Part shown: piece by piece, positions 31,885-41,239 of the stretch
Layout: every line of letters starts with the position of its first letter
How positions within the stretch are numbered: the first letter of the stretch is position 1
Source of the DNA: Chloroflexota bacterium
GTDB lineage: Bacteria > Chloroflexota > UBA11872 > VXOZ01
Direction: 5' to 3'
NCBI GenBank assembly: GCA_963662335.2
Contig: CAXXVD010000005.1
Location: forward strand, 256,001-320,000
Length of the DNA stretch: 64,000 nt
The notes under the pieces: model-generated
What the model saw: only the letters and a program-made list of their open reading frames with translations
What the model was told of the DNA's origin: nothing
Database searches by the model: none
Program-made: the position numbers and the translations under genes

Positions 31885-33573
31885 ATGGCGAACATGACCG
31901 GCGGCGAAGCCCTCGTAAAATCCCTGGCGCGCGAGGGTGTTGAAGTGGTGTTCGGCATCCCGGGGATTCACATGTCCGGCATCATCACCGCGCTGCGGGA
32001 CGAGCCGAGCATCCGCATGATCACTACCCGCCACGAAGCGGGCGCGGCGCACATGGCCGACGGCTATGCGCGCGTATCCGGCAAACCGGGCGTAGCAATG
32101 GTAGTGCCGGGCGCGGCTCTCTACAATGCCGCCACGGGCCTGGCCACGGCCTATGCCCGTTCCTCTCCGGTTCTCGCCATTGCCGCCCAAATTCCGCGCG
32201 GCCAGATCGGGAAGAACCTCGGCGTCTACCATGAAGTCGACAACCAACCCTCTGTGGTGCGCCCGGTTACCAAGTGGCAGCGGCAGGCGCTCAGGCCGCG
32301 GGAAATCCCGGACGCCGTGTGTGAAGCATTCAGGCAGATGCGCAGCGGCCGCCCTCGTCCCGTGCTCCTTGAGATCCCGCCGGAGGCCGGGGTGGAGCGC
32401 GAGGACGTCCAACTCCGGGATCCGGCCAAGTTCACGCGCATCGTGCCGAGCCAGGAACACCTGCGGGAGGCTGCGCACATTATCGCCCGTTCCCGCTTGC
32501 CCCTGATATTCGCGGGCGGCGGGGTGGCGCTTTCCGGCGCGGAAGAAGCCCTCCTAGCGCTGGTGGAAGCGACGAATATACCCGTAGTTACGTCCGCTGG
32601 CGGCAAGGGGGCCATTCCCGACCGCCATCCGCTCTGTTACGGCTCGTGTCTCAGTCCGGCGGCCGAGACGCCGGAGATGAATCAGCTCTTCGACGTGATG
32701 CAGTCCGCCGACGTCGTGATCGGCATCGGCGCTCGTTTTTCGCTCGGCAATCCGGCCGGCGAATCGTCAACGCTGATAAACATCAACATCGACGATTCCG
32801 AGATCACAAGAGTGCAATCCAATACGATCCCGTTGCATGGCGACGCCGGCGCCACCGTCGAAGCCCTGCTTCCCTTCCTGATCGAGGCCGGGGCGGGCAG
32901 TCGCTCGTCGCCCGCCGCAGCGGTCAGCGCCGCCCGGCGCCTGATCGCGTATCACGACATCAGGCTCCAGGAACCCCAGTATTCGATTATGGAAGCGATG
33001 CGGGGCAGCATTCCGGAAGACACTTTCATCGTCTGGGACAGCACGAAGTTCGGCTATTACGCCCGCACCCACTACCCGGTCAATTGTCCCAACACATTCT
33101 TAGATTCCGGCTATTCTTTCAATCTCGGCTTCTCTTTCCCGGCGGCGCTGGGCGTAAAGGTGGCGCAACCCGCCCGTCCCGTGATCAGCGTCATCGGCGA
33201 CGGCGGGTTCATGTTCAATGCCACTGAACTCTCCACGGCCGTCAGGTACGGGATCAATGCAACGACCATTGTCTTTAGAGACGACTCCTACGGCAACGTT
33301 GCCCAGGACCTGGATGAGTTCTTTGCCGGTACCTACGAGACCGACCTGCACAACCCGGACATCGTCCAGTTTGCCGAGTCTTTCGGCGCAGCCGGCATGA
33401 GGGCGGACGACCCGATGGAGCTGGAAACGCTGCTGCCGCGCGCGCTGGCGTGTGAAGCGCCGGTAGTCATCGACGTTCCCGTCGGAGACATGCCGTTGCC
33501 GCGCGCCAAACTGCAAGCGCACCTGCCTTCCGTGCCCTGGGTAGTGCCGCAGGAGGGTCTGATAGAGTCCTGA
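31885..33573 (+). CDS. Thiamine-pyrophosphate-dependent enzyme (acetolactate synthase large subunit-like)
   Basis: FGIPG, RHEAGAAHMADGYAR, GDGGFMF. Confidence 0.9.
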   Translation: MANMTGGEALVKSLAREGVEVVFGIPGIHMSGIITALRDEPSIRMITTRHEAGAAHMADGYARVSGKPGVAMVVPGAALYNAATGLATAYARSSPVLAIAAQIPRGQIGKNLGVYHEVDNQPSVVRPVTKWQRQALRPREIPDAVCEAFRQMRSGRPRPVLLEIPPEAGVEREDVQLRDPAKFTRIVPSQEHLREAAHIIARSRLPLIFAGGGVALSGAEEALLALVEATNIPVVTSAGGKGAIPDRHPLCYGSCLSPAAETPEMNQLFDVMQSADVVIGIGARFSLGNPAGESSTLININIDDSEITRVQSNTIPLHGDAGATVEALLPFLIEAGAGSRSSPAAAVSAARRLIAYHDIRLQEPQYSIMEAMRGSIPEDTFIVWDSTKFGYYARTHYPVNCPNTFLDSGYSFNLGFSFPAALGVKVAQPARPVISVIGDGGFMFNATELSTAVRYGINATTIVFRDDSYGNVAQDLDEFFAGTYETDLHNPDIVQFAESFGAAGMRADDPMELETLLPRALACEAPVVIDVPVGDMPLPRAKLQAHLPSVPWVVPQEGLIES

Positions 33574-33594
33574 AAGGCTGCCCGCCGGCAGGCG

Positions 33595-35139
33595 CTACTC
33601 TCGGAGCGCTTTCATCACCAACGGGATTTCGCCGAGCAAGTCAGACGCCAGCAGGCCGCTTTCTCCCAAACGAGCGCGCACGCGCTCTCCGGCTTCGCCG
33701 TGGATGAATGCGCCCGCCACCGCCGCCGCGTAGGGCGAAACGCCCTGCGCAAGCAGGCCGGCGGTGATGCCCGCCAGCACGTCGCCGGTGCCGGCGGCCG
33801 CCAGCGCCGGATTGCGGTGCGGGTTGACGGCGGCCGTGCCGTCGGGAGCCGCGACGATGCTCGGCGCGCCCTTGGCCACCATCACGACGTCCCAATCGGC
33901 CGCGCACTGCGGCGCCAGTTGCAGCCGCTGCGCGTCTACTTCGGCTGCTGGCCGCCGGAGCAGACGGCCAAACTCACCGGCGTGGGGCGTGAGAATCGTG
34001 GCGGGCGGCAGCGCGTTGCTCACGTCGAGTCCCGCCAGCGCGTTGACGCCGTCTGCGTCGAGCGCCAGCGGCGGGGCGTCCGCAGTATTGCGGAGTTCGT
34101 GTAGAAGCCCGCGCACGCACGCGAACGTCTGCGGGTCATCGCCCAGGCCGCAACCCGCCAGCAGCGCGCGGTACTTTGGCAGCGCTTCCATGATGGGCTC
34201 TATGCTATCCGGCGTGAGGTGTCCGGCGGCGTCCGGCAGCGGCAGAAAGGTGCACTCCGTGGCTTTCACCGCCACCATCGGATGGATGGAAGCGGGCAGC
34301 GCCAGCGTGACCAGGCCCGCGCCGGCCCGGGCCGCCGCCGCCGCGCTCAGATAGGCCGCGCCAACGTAGCGGCGCGACCCGGCCACGATCAGCGCCCGGC
34401 CAAACGTGCCCTTGTGCGCGCTTTGCGGCCGGCTTGGCAACAAATCCTTCACCTGCGCGGCCGTCGTACGCTGGAGCGGCAGCGGCTCTGCCCATTCCGG
34501 CGGGAGGCCGATGTCCGCCACGTGCACCTTTCCGGCGCAGTCCGCGCCTTTGCCCACGAAGCAGCCGGGTTTTGCCAGGCCCGTAGCCAGCGTGAAGTCC
34601 GCCTGAAACGCCTGCGGGTCCGCCGCACCGGTGTCCGCGTCGATGCCGCTGGGTATATCCACCGCAACCCGCAGCGTATCCGGCGACACCGCCCGCTGTG
34701 CCGCAGTGAGTGCTTCAAGGACGATGCCCCGCAGCGGCGGCGCGGAACCGATTCCGAGCAGCGCGTCCAGCACGCAGTTCGCCTCTGCCAGCCACTGCTG
34801 GAGACGCTGGGCGCTGTCGGCCTCGCCGCGGACCGCCACCGGGATTCCGACGGACGTTGCGCGCGCGAGATTGGGGTCATTTGGGCGAGCGCGGGTCAGA
34901 TAGACGCGGGGCAGAATGCCGGCGCGGTGGAGATGATAGGCGGCCACCAGGCCGTCGCCGCCGTTGTTGCCCGATCCGGCGAGAATGAGTACCCGCTGGC
35001 CCGGCGTAAGCCGGCCCAGTTGCCGGAGCAGCGCGGCCACGCTGTAGCCGGCCAATTCCATGAGGGTATGCTCGTCCATGCCGATTGTTGCGGCCCGGGC
35101 CTCCAACCGGCGCATGGCCGCGGTGTCGGCCAGTTTCAC
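33595..35139 (-). CDS. nnr: Bifunctional NAD(P)H-hydrate epimerase/dehydratase
   Basis: GSGNNGGDG, DIPSG, HKGTFG, DADG, TPHAGEF, AGTGDVL. Confidence 0.93.
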   Translation of the reverse strand: MKLADTAAMRRLEARAATIGMDEHTLMELAGYSVAALLRQLGRLTPGQRVLILAGSGNNGGDGLVAAYHLHRAGILPRVYLTRARPNDPNLARATSVGIPVAVRGEADSAQRLQQWLAEANCVLDALLGIGSAPPLRGIVLEALTAAQRAVSPDTLRVAVDIPSGIDADTGAADPQAFQADFTLATGLAKPGCFVGKGADCAGKVHVADIGLPPEWAEPLPLQRTTAAQVKDLLPSRPQSAHKGTFGRALIVAGSRRYVGAAYLSAAAAARAGAGLVTLALPASIHPMVAVKATECTFLPLPDAAGHLTPDSIEPIMEALPKYRALLAGCGLGDDPQTFACVRGLLHELRNTADAPPLALDADGVNALAGLDVSNALPPATILTPHAGEFGRLLRRPAAEVDAQRLQLAPQCAADWDVVMVAKGAPSIVAAPDGTAAVNPHRNPALAAAGTGDVLAGITAGLLAQGVSPYAAAVAGAFIHGEAGERVRARLGESGLLASDLLGEIPLVMKALRE

Positions 35140-35207
35140 TTCCGCGCTCCTCGAGTCCTGGCGCGCTTGCGACGCCGCTTCACCGTCCCAAGTCCGTCCT
35201 GCGTCAC

Positions 35208-36056
35208 CTACGTAGCCACCACTACGGCAATCGCGAACTCGCGGCTGTGGCTCAGGCTGACGTCGAAGTGCCGCAGGTTGAGCGCCCGCGCCCGCGCGGC
35301 CGCCGCGCCGTGCAAGTAGACCAGCGGCTTGCCGCGCTTGTCGGGCAGAATCTCCATCTCTCGCCAGCGGATGCCCCAGATGCCGGTGCCCAGGGCCTTT
35401 GAGATCGCCTCTTTCGCAGCAAAGCGCGCCGCCAACTCCGGCGCGCGGCCGCGGTAGAGCGCCTGTTCGGCCTCGGTGTAGACCCGCCGGAGAAACCGCT
35501 CGCCGTAGCGCTCGGCCACGCGGGCGATCCGCGCGATCTCAATTATGTCAACACCCGCCTTGGGCCCGCCCGCGCTCGGCAGCACGCTGCCGGGGCCAAC
35601 GCCGGCCGGCGCCGGGCGAATGAGCCCGCGTCCGGCCGCGGCGTCCGCCGCGATTTCGGCCGCGCGCGCCGCGGCGTCGCCGTCTCTATTCTTGACGATT
35701 GCGGCGCGGCGGAAGATGCCCCGGCGCGGCGCGGGCCCGCGCAGGAGAAAGAGGAAGAGCGGCGCCGCGGTGTGACCGAACGCCGCCGCCAACTCCGCGG
35801 CCTCCGCCAAGCCGGGCAGGATCACAACGCTCGTTCCGCCCTGGGCGGCAATCTGCTCCGCGCTTGCCGCCAGCGCGCCGGCCAGCCACGGCGCGGCCTC
35901 CGGCCGGTTGCCGCCATCCTGCCCGCCGGCCGCGCCCGGCGCGGCAATGGGGGCAAAGTAGTCCGGCCTCAGCACCGTTGCGCGCGGCACGTGGCAGGCC
36001 AGCGCGCAGCCCACTTGCGCGCCCGCGTCTGCGTCGCCGGCCAAGATGATGATCAT
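35208..36056 (-). CDS. acpS: Holo-ACP synthase with an N-terminal extension of about 165 aa
   Basis: GVDIIEI, RFAAKEA.SKALGTG and VSLSHS at the C-terminus; ATG 36056 overlaps the upstream stop (ATGA). Confidence 0.85.
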   Translation of the reverse strand: MIIILAGDADAGAQVGCALACHVPRATVLRPDYFAPIAAPGAAGGQDGGNRPEAAPWLAGALAASAEQIAAQGGTSVVILPGLAEAAELAAAFGHTAAPLFLFLLRGPAPRRGIFRRAAIVKNRDGDAAARAAEIAADAAAGRGLIRPAPAGVGPGSVLPSAGGPKAGVDIIEIARIARVAERYGERFLRRVYTEAEQALYRGRAPELAARFAAKEAISKALGTGIWGIRWREMEILPDKRGKPLVYLHGAAAARARALNLRHFDVSLSHSREFAIAVVVAT

Positions 36057-37282
36057 CTGCCAACCAGGCTTATGCGCTGAATCGCGCCCTCGTACGACCA
36101 ACCTGTCGCTACCACTTCGATGGTCTGGATGAAGGTCGGCCGCGGCGTCAATTGCAAGAGATTGATCTCATACCGCAGCCATTTATCCTGCGCAATCCGC
36201 GTTGCGTGCTTCGTCGAGTAGCGCTCGTCCGTCGGCGCGGCGTAGTAGAAGCCGTGGTACCAGCGCGTCTCGCCGCCCGTAATATCCCGGAAGTTGATGC
36301 GCACCATGATCGGGTACTCGGACCCGGCCGTGCCGCCGCCGGGCAGACTCTGGTAGATCGCCTTCACCCGCAGCGTCAGGATCAACTCCTCGAAGTCCCA
36401 GACGTCGCGGTTGATCTGCTGCGCCAGCACCGTTTCGCCGGCGCCCAGGCCGACCCGCGTGAAGTAGAGGCCGTCCGGATGGGGCGTAACGATGCCCTTG
36501 GGCGTGCGCTCGGAACGATCCTCTTTCCGCCACGTATCTTGCCAATTTGGCGGCAGCGCGGAAAAGTCGCCCATCTCCACCAGGTCTTGCGCGGCCGGCA
36601 ACGGCGCGTCCGGCAATTGTCCGCCCGTCGTGGTGACCCGCTCCCCACCGGAAAGCGCGATGTCCTTCTTCCCGTCAGTCACGACGGCGCTGCCCAGGCG
36701 CGCGGAAAGCGAACTGCGCGACTCCGCGCCCCCGTTCACGCCGGGGCTAACCTCCACGGCAAAACTGCCTTCCCGCAGCGCGGCGCTAAAATCCGGCGTT
36801 TGCACGCGGAAACGGCGCTCCGCGGAGGAAGCCACCGGCGCGACCGCTATGCGAATCTTGCCTCTGCTCTGCGCCAGGACAATCTGCGTCTTCTCCGGCC
36901 GGTAGCGCACGAAGTTGGCCGCCACCAGCGTAAACTCGCTATCGGGGTACATCAAGATGGTGCTCTCGTCCGGCAACGTGAGAAACGCGCGGGAGGTCTC
37001 GTGGGTGCTGATGCTATCCCCGGGGTTGAGTTGCGTGGCCTCCGCGCGCACGACCCAGTTGGGAGAGCCTGCCGCGAGAACGTACACCTGTCCGCTGATG
37101 ACCAGCACCGGCGCCGGCGCATCCTGCCGCACGCGCTCGATTGCCCAGGTTATGGTGCGGGGAACGGCTATGACGGCGAGCGCGAAGACGATGAATCCTG
37201 CCACCAGCGTCGCCCACGCCAGCCGCTGCATGCCCCGGTATCGTGTCGGCGCAATCGCCTCTGTGGCGGCAAATCGCTCCAT
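36053..37282 (-). CDS. Membrane-anchored FecR-domain protein with a C-terminal beta-rich domain
   Basis: Hydrophobic helix, then LNPGDSIST...AFLTLPDESTILMYPDS, FRVQTP; start uncertain (ATG 37282 taken). Confidence 0.7.
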   Translation of the reverse strand: MERFAATEAIAPTRYRGMQRLAWATLVAGFIVFALAVIAVPRTITWAIERVRQDAPAPVLVISGQVYVLAAGSPNWVVRAEATQLNPGDSISTHETSRAFLTLPDESTILMYPDSEFTLVAANFVRYRPEKTQIVLAQSRGKIRIAVAPVASSAERRFRVQTPDFSAALREGSFAVEVSPGVNGGAESRSSLSARLGSAVVTDGKKDIALSGGERVTTTGGQLPDAPLPAAQDLVEMGDFSALPPNWQDTWRKEDRSERTPKGIVTPHPDGLYFTRVGLGAGETVLAQQINRDVWDFEELILTLRVKAIYQSLPGGGTAGSEYPIMVRINFRDITGGETRWYHGFYYAAPTDERYSTKHATRIAQDKWLRYEINLLQLTPRPTFIQTIEVVATGWSYEGAIQRISLVGR

Positions 37283-37283
37283 G

Positions 37284-37577
37284 CTACTCCCGGATCCGAA
37301 ACTCCCCAAGAGAACCGGAAGAGTCTTCCCACGTAGCCTCGACATGCGCCACGCGGCTCAGGAGCGGCCCGCAACCTAGCCGCTCCAACAGCGTTTCCAG
37401 GGCGGGTCGCGGACCCTCGGCGACGACTTCAACGCTGCCGTCGCGTTCCTCGTTGCGCGCGTACCCGCCAAGCCCCAGGCTCACCGCGGCCCGCGCCGCG
37501 AACTGGCGGTAGCCGACACCCTGCACCCGGCCGTACACGCGGGCGCGCAGCCGCCGTTGCGCGGCGAGCTTGGACAT
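37284..37577 (-). CDS. acyP: Acylphosphatase
   Basis: GRVQGVGYR, GYARN..DGSVEV.AEG. Confidence 0.93.
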   Translation of the reverse strand: MSKLAAQRRLRARVYGRVQGVGYRQFAARAAVSLGLGGYARNEERDGSVEVVAEGPRPALETLLERLGCGPLLSRVAHVEATWEDSSGSLGEFRIRE

Positions 37578-37609
37578 ATCTCTCTCCGGGGCGCTGCCGC
37601 CCGTCCCAT

Positions 37610-38596
37610 CTAGCCGCTGGCGTTGTCCAGGCCGAGTTCCTGGCGGACTTCGTTGACGGCTTCAACGATTACGGCCAATTTCGCCTGCGCCTCTGCCACC
37701 GTGCGGGTCTTGAGCCCACAATCCGGATCGATGTAGAGGCGGTCGGCGGGCACGACGTCCAGGCCCTTGTAGATGCCGGCCTTTACCTGTTCTTTGTCCT
37801 CGATCACGTGGCTGTGCACGTCCACCACGCCCAGCGCCAGTTTCTTCGTGAACGGCGCCCGCTCCTTGAAGAGGTCGAGCAGGTCGTAGTCGCTGTTCGC
37901 CATCTCCAGGTCGATGACGTCCACCGGGATGTCCAGCAGTTTGGGATAGATGGCGTCGAAGTCGCCGTAGCAGATGTGCGTGCCGGTGGTTGCCGTCAGG
38001 CCGTCCACCACCACGCCCATGGCCTCGATGGCCAGCGGCAGGTCTTCCGGCCGGGTGGAGACCGCCGGTTCGTCGATCTGAATGAACTGCGCGCCGGCCT
38101 GCTCCAGGGCCGCCACTTCCTCGTGCAGCACCGCGGCCATGGCCAGCACGAACTCTTCCTGCGTGTCGTAGTAGTTGTTGTACGACCACTCGGCCATGGT
38201 GTACGGGCCGGTGATCATGCCCTTTACGGGCTTGTCGGTCAGGCTCTGCGCGTACTGCCACCAGTCGAGCGTGAACGGCTTGACGCGCTTGAGCGGCCCC
38301 ACCGCGATCGGCTTGCGGTAGTAGCGGTTGCCGTACGAGCGCACGAGACCGCTAATCTCCATGCCTTCCATCATCTCGGCGAAGTAGGTTGCCATATCGC
38401 CCCGGTACATCTCGGCGTCCACGGCGATGTCCAGTCCCAGATCGTTTTGATACTCCATCCAGAACTTCGTGTACTCGCGTTCCAGCGCCGTCAATTCTTC
38501 CCGCGGCAATCTGCCCCGCGCAAAGCTCGTGCGCGCCTTGGTAAGCGCCGGCGGCTTGGGCAAACTCCCCACCTGGGTTGTCCATAGACCTTCCAT
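37610..38596 (-). CDS. metE: Cobalamin-independent methionine synthase, catalytic (C-terminal barrel) subunit
   Basis: TTQVGSLPKP, KGMITGPYT, IQIDEPA and zinc ligands THICYG and PDCGLKTR; start at ATG 38596. Confidence 0.88.
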   Translation of the reverse strand: MEGLWTTQVGSLPKPPALTKARTSFARGRLPREELTALEREYTKFWMEYQNDLGLDIAVDAEMYRGDMATYFAEMMEGMEISGLVRSYGNRYYRKPIAVGPLKRVKPFTLDWWQYAQSLTDKPVKGMITGPYTMAEWSYNNYYDTQEEFVLAMAAVLHEEVAALEQAGAQFIQIDEPAVSTRPEDLPLAIEAMGVVVDGLTATTGTHICYGDFDAIYPKLLDIPVDVIDLEMANSDYDLLDLFKERAPFTKKLALGVVDVHSHVIEDKEQVKAGIYKGLDVVPADRLYIDPDCGLKTRTVAEAQAKLAVIVEAVNEVRQELGLDNASG

Positions 38597-38598
38597 TG

Positions 38599-39579
38599 TT
38601 ATGCCACAGCCTCCTGCGCTTTTGCCACGGCACGGGCCATGTTTTCCAATTTGGCGTACGCCGTTTCGCGCGGCAGAAACTCCAAGCCGGTGTTTGGGCC
38701 AATCGCAATGCGGTCTGCGGCCACGTGCCGCGCCGCCCGGCTCACACTCTCCACCACCGCTGCTTCCGTCTCCATGCGCACGTTGCGGGCGTCGATGATG
38801 CCCAGCGTAAGGTCGCGCTCCGCCGGAAAGCCGTCCAAGAGCGTGTGGTTGCGCCGGCCCTGTACCATGTCCAGCCCAAACCCCTGGAAAGGCAGCGCAA
38901 AGAAATCGGGCAGGCCGACGGCGTCGCCAAAGTCGGTGCGCAGGACTTTCTTGGCGTCCACGCCGTCCACGAGCACGTCCATCGCCTCGCGGAAGATGTC
39001 CCAGTCGTCTTTGTAGCGCTGCCAGACGATGGCCGGCTCGTCCACCTGTATCAGCGGGGGCGCGGCCGCCGCCAACGCTTTCATCTCCTGGTTGAGCGCC
39101 CGCGCCGTGTCTAGCACAAGCGTCTTCAGGTCCGCGTAGACGCCCGGCAGAGAGAGCTTGGCAATGGTGTACGGGCCGGTGACCACCGGCTTTACTGGGC
39201 AGCTGGCGTGGTCGCGGGCAAATTGGTAGTCGCGGACAAGCATCGGCCCGTGCCACACGATGCGGCCGGTGGCTTCCGGCTGGCGGTAGAAGGTGTTGGT
39301 GTCGAAGTAGCGAATGAGACCGCCGATCTCGTAGCCGTGCAGTTTACCGGCGATGTACGTCACCGGATCTTGCCAGCGGATTTGCCCGTCGGTGATTACG
39401 TCCACGCCGGCGCGCTCTTGCTCGCCGATTACCTCGCGGGTGACGTAATCCGCGGCCACGGCCAGTTCGTCGGCGGAAATCCGCCCCCGATCGAACGAAG
39501 CAATGGCGCGGCGCAACGTCTGGCCGCCGGGTCTATTGGCGATCTTGGGATAATTCCCTGGAACCGTACTGATCATCAA
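38599..39579 (-). CDS. MetE N-terminal-barrel-like subunit (split MetE partner)
   Basis: ITDGQIRWQD, RYFDTNTFYRQP, IQVDEP; zinc-ligand positions replaced (RTDFGD, PNTGLEFLP). Confidence 0.82.
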   Translation of the reverse strand: MMISTVPGNYPKIANRPGGQTLRRAIASFDRGRISADELAVAADYVTREVIGEQERAGVDVITDGQIRWQDPVTYIAGKLHGYEIGGLIRYFDTNTFYRQPEATGRIVWHGPMLVRDYQFARDHASCPVKPVVTGPYTIAKLSLPGVYADLKTLVLDTARALNQEMKALAAAAPPLIQVDEPAIVWQRYKDDWDIFREAMDVLVDGVDAKKVLRTDFGDAVGLPDFFALPFQGFGLDMVQGRRNHTLLDGFPAERDLTLGIIDARNVRMETEAAVVESVSRAARHVAADRIAIGPNTGLEFLPRETAYAKLENMARAVAKAQEAVA

Positions 39580-39735
39580 CTGCTCCTGTTATGAGAGACT
39601 GCCGTGCACTACTCTATGGTATGGCACACCGTGCCAAAATTCAAAAGTGGGCGTGCGCGGGAGTTTTAGACTTGGACGTAGGTCGCACAAATATGCGATC
39701 ATCGCACGCGCTCATGCCTAAAACGGCGCGCTGAC

Positions 39736-39812
39736 TGTCATTCTGAGGAGCGCAGCGACGAAGAATCTCGCGCGCGGCGCCTCCTAGATTCCGCGCTGCG
39801 CTCGGAATGACA
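39736..39812. repeat. Inverted pair of TGTCATT..GAG family REP-like repeats
   Basis: TGTCATTCTGAGGAGCGCAGCGACGAAGAATCT ... AGATTCCGCGCTGCGCTCGGAATGACA. Confidence 0.82.
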
Positions 39813-40000
39813 GGAAGCGAGGCCGCGTTGAGCCTTGGCGGCCACGCCAAGCAATCATGGCTTAAGCTCCTCTGGGCTAATTCGCCCTTTCAGACCGCTG
39901 GTGACACCTAATGCACGCTCAGCTATGCTAGAGGCGCACGCAGCGACCGAAAGTGGGAACGTATCACGAAGCAGACCGGACTACGTAGAGGAACCTGGCT

Positions 40001-40207
40001 TTGCAATACACAATCGTCATCGAGAAAACCGACAACGGCTATTCGGCGTACGCGCCGGACTTGCCGGGCTGCGTCGCCGCCGCGGATACGCAGGCTGAAG
40101 TGACCGCTTTGATGCGAGAAGCAGTTGCCCACCACGTTGCACTACTCCGCGAGCACGGCGACCCGGTACGGGAACCTGAGGCCGCATCAGCGTTGGTCGA
40201 GGTCTAG
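40001..40207 (+). CDS. Short HicB-family antitoxin
   Basis: YTIVIEK..NGYSAYAPDLPGCVAAADT..EV...MREAV; TTG start with GAGGA upstream. Confidence 0.85.
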   Translation: MQYTIVIEKTDNGYSAYAPDLPGCVAAADTQAEVTALMREAVAHHVALLREHGDPVREPEAASALVEV

Positions 40208-40270
40208 CCGCAGTTTTTTGGCAATGTGAACACTACGCCCGCCGGTATGCGCGCCGCTTGGAAGGGCACA

Positions 40271-40693
40271 ATGCAGATCAACACCGGCTTCCTCACGCGC
40301 TGCATCCAAACGCTGGACGCGGCGTTTGCGCAATTGCGGCGGCAAGAGAAAGACGGCATCACGTATGACATCCTGCGCGCCGCGTGCGTCAAGGAGTTCG
40401 AGCTCGTCTTGGAGCAGAGCGGCAGCCTCTTGGGCAAGCGGCTGCGGCCCTACTTCGCCAGCAACCGGGAGGCCGATCGGCTCACGTTCAAAGATCGTTT
40501 CCGCCATGCCGCGAAGCACGGCCTGATCTCAGTGGAGAGTTGCGCACGGTGGTTAACGTACCGGGACGCCCGCAACGATACGGCCCACCGCTATGGCGCG
40601 GGCTTTGCCGAAGCCACGTTGGCGCTGCTGCCCACTTTCATCGCCGACGCCAAGTCACTGGCGCAGGTCATCGGGGAGGAGACCGATGACTGA
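40271..40693 (+). CDS. HEPN-domain toxin (nucleotidyltransferase substrate-binding, HI0074-like)
   Basis: ACVKEFELVLE, FKDRFR.A, Rx4HxY motif RNDTAHRY. Confidence 0.88.
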   Translation: MQINTGFLTRCIQTLDAAFAQLRRQEKDGITYDILRAACVKEFELVLEQSGSLLGKRLRPYFASNREADRLTFKDRFRHAAKHGLISVESCARWLTYRDARNDTAHRYGAGFAEATLALLPTFIADAKSLAQVIGEETDD

Positions 40694-41018
40694 GCGGCTG
40701 GACTTGCCCTGCCGCTACCGGCGGGAACTCGAGGCATTGCTGCGCGCGTGCCTCCCCGGCGTCGAGGCGTGGGCCTACGGCAGCCGCGTAACCGGCGGCA
40801 GCCATCCGGGCAGCGACCTCGATCTGGCGCTCCGTACGCCGACATTGGAGCCAATACCGGACACCATGCTGCGGGAGTTCAAAGCAGCCTTGGAACGGTC
40901 TAACATACCCATCCTGGTGCAGGCCCACGACTGGGCGCGCTTGCCGGAGAGCTTTCACCGCGAGATCGAACGCAACTGCGTAGTCCTACATACTGCGCGC
41001 GACGACTCCGGCGGCTAA
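40686..41018 (+). CDS. Minimal nucleotidyltransferase (MNT) antitoxin
   Basis: YGSRVTGGSHPGSDLDL (GSx10DxD); overlaps the HEPN gene by 8 nt. Confidence 0.88.
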   Translation: MTERLDLPCRYRRELEALLRACLPGVEAWAYGSRVTGGSHPGSDLDLALRTPTLEPIPDTMLREFKAALERSNIPILVQAHDWARLPESFHREIERNCVVLHTARDDSGG

Positions 41019-41082
41019 ACGCATCGCGACGCTGAACGCACTGCGTCATTGAGTGTACAGCTTGCTGCGCGCGGCTTCCGCT

Positions 41083-41239
41083 CTGTCAATCCGAACGGAA
41101 TTCTCACGCTGTCATTACGAACGGAGTTCTCTCCCTGTCATTCCGAACGGAGCGCAGCGCAGTGAGGAATCTACGGGGCTGAGACATTGAGAGTGAGGGT
41201 CCGTGGGACTCTAGATTCCTCGCTGCGCTCGGAATGACA
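41083..41239. repeat. REP-like cluster: three 26-bp-spaced CTGTCA(T/A)T..GAACGGA units plus an inverted partner
   Basis: Units at 41083, 41109 and 41135; inverted copy at 41211-41239. Confidence 0.82.

Noticed and set aside
37610-39256. 548-aa MetE ORF as given in the track
   Set aside because: The first 220 or so codons overlap the upstream gene in another frame; family similarity starts at ATG 38596.
39580-39735. SAM or cobalamin riboswitch upstream of the metE genes
   Set aside because: No conserved riboswitch core is recognisable by eye; an Rfam scan would be needed to exclude it fully.
41083-41160. Possible mini-CRISPR (26-bp periodic units)
   Set aside because: No unique spacers; the units are decayed copies of the TGTCATTCCGA REP end.
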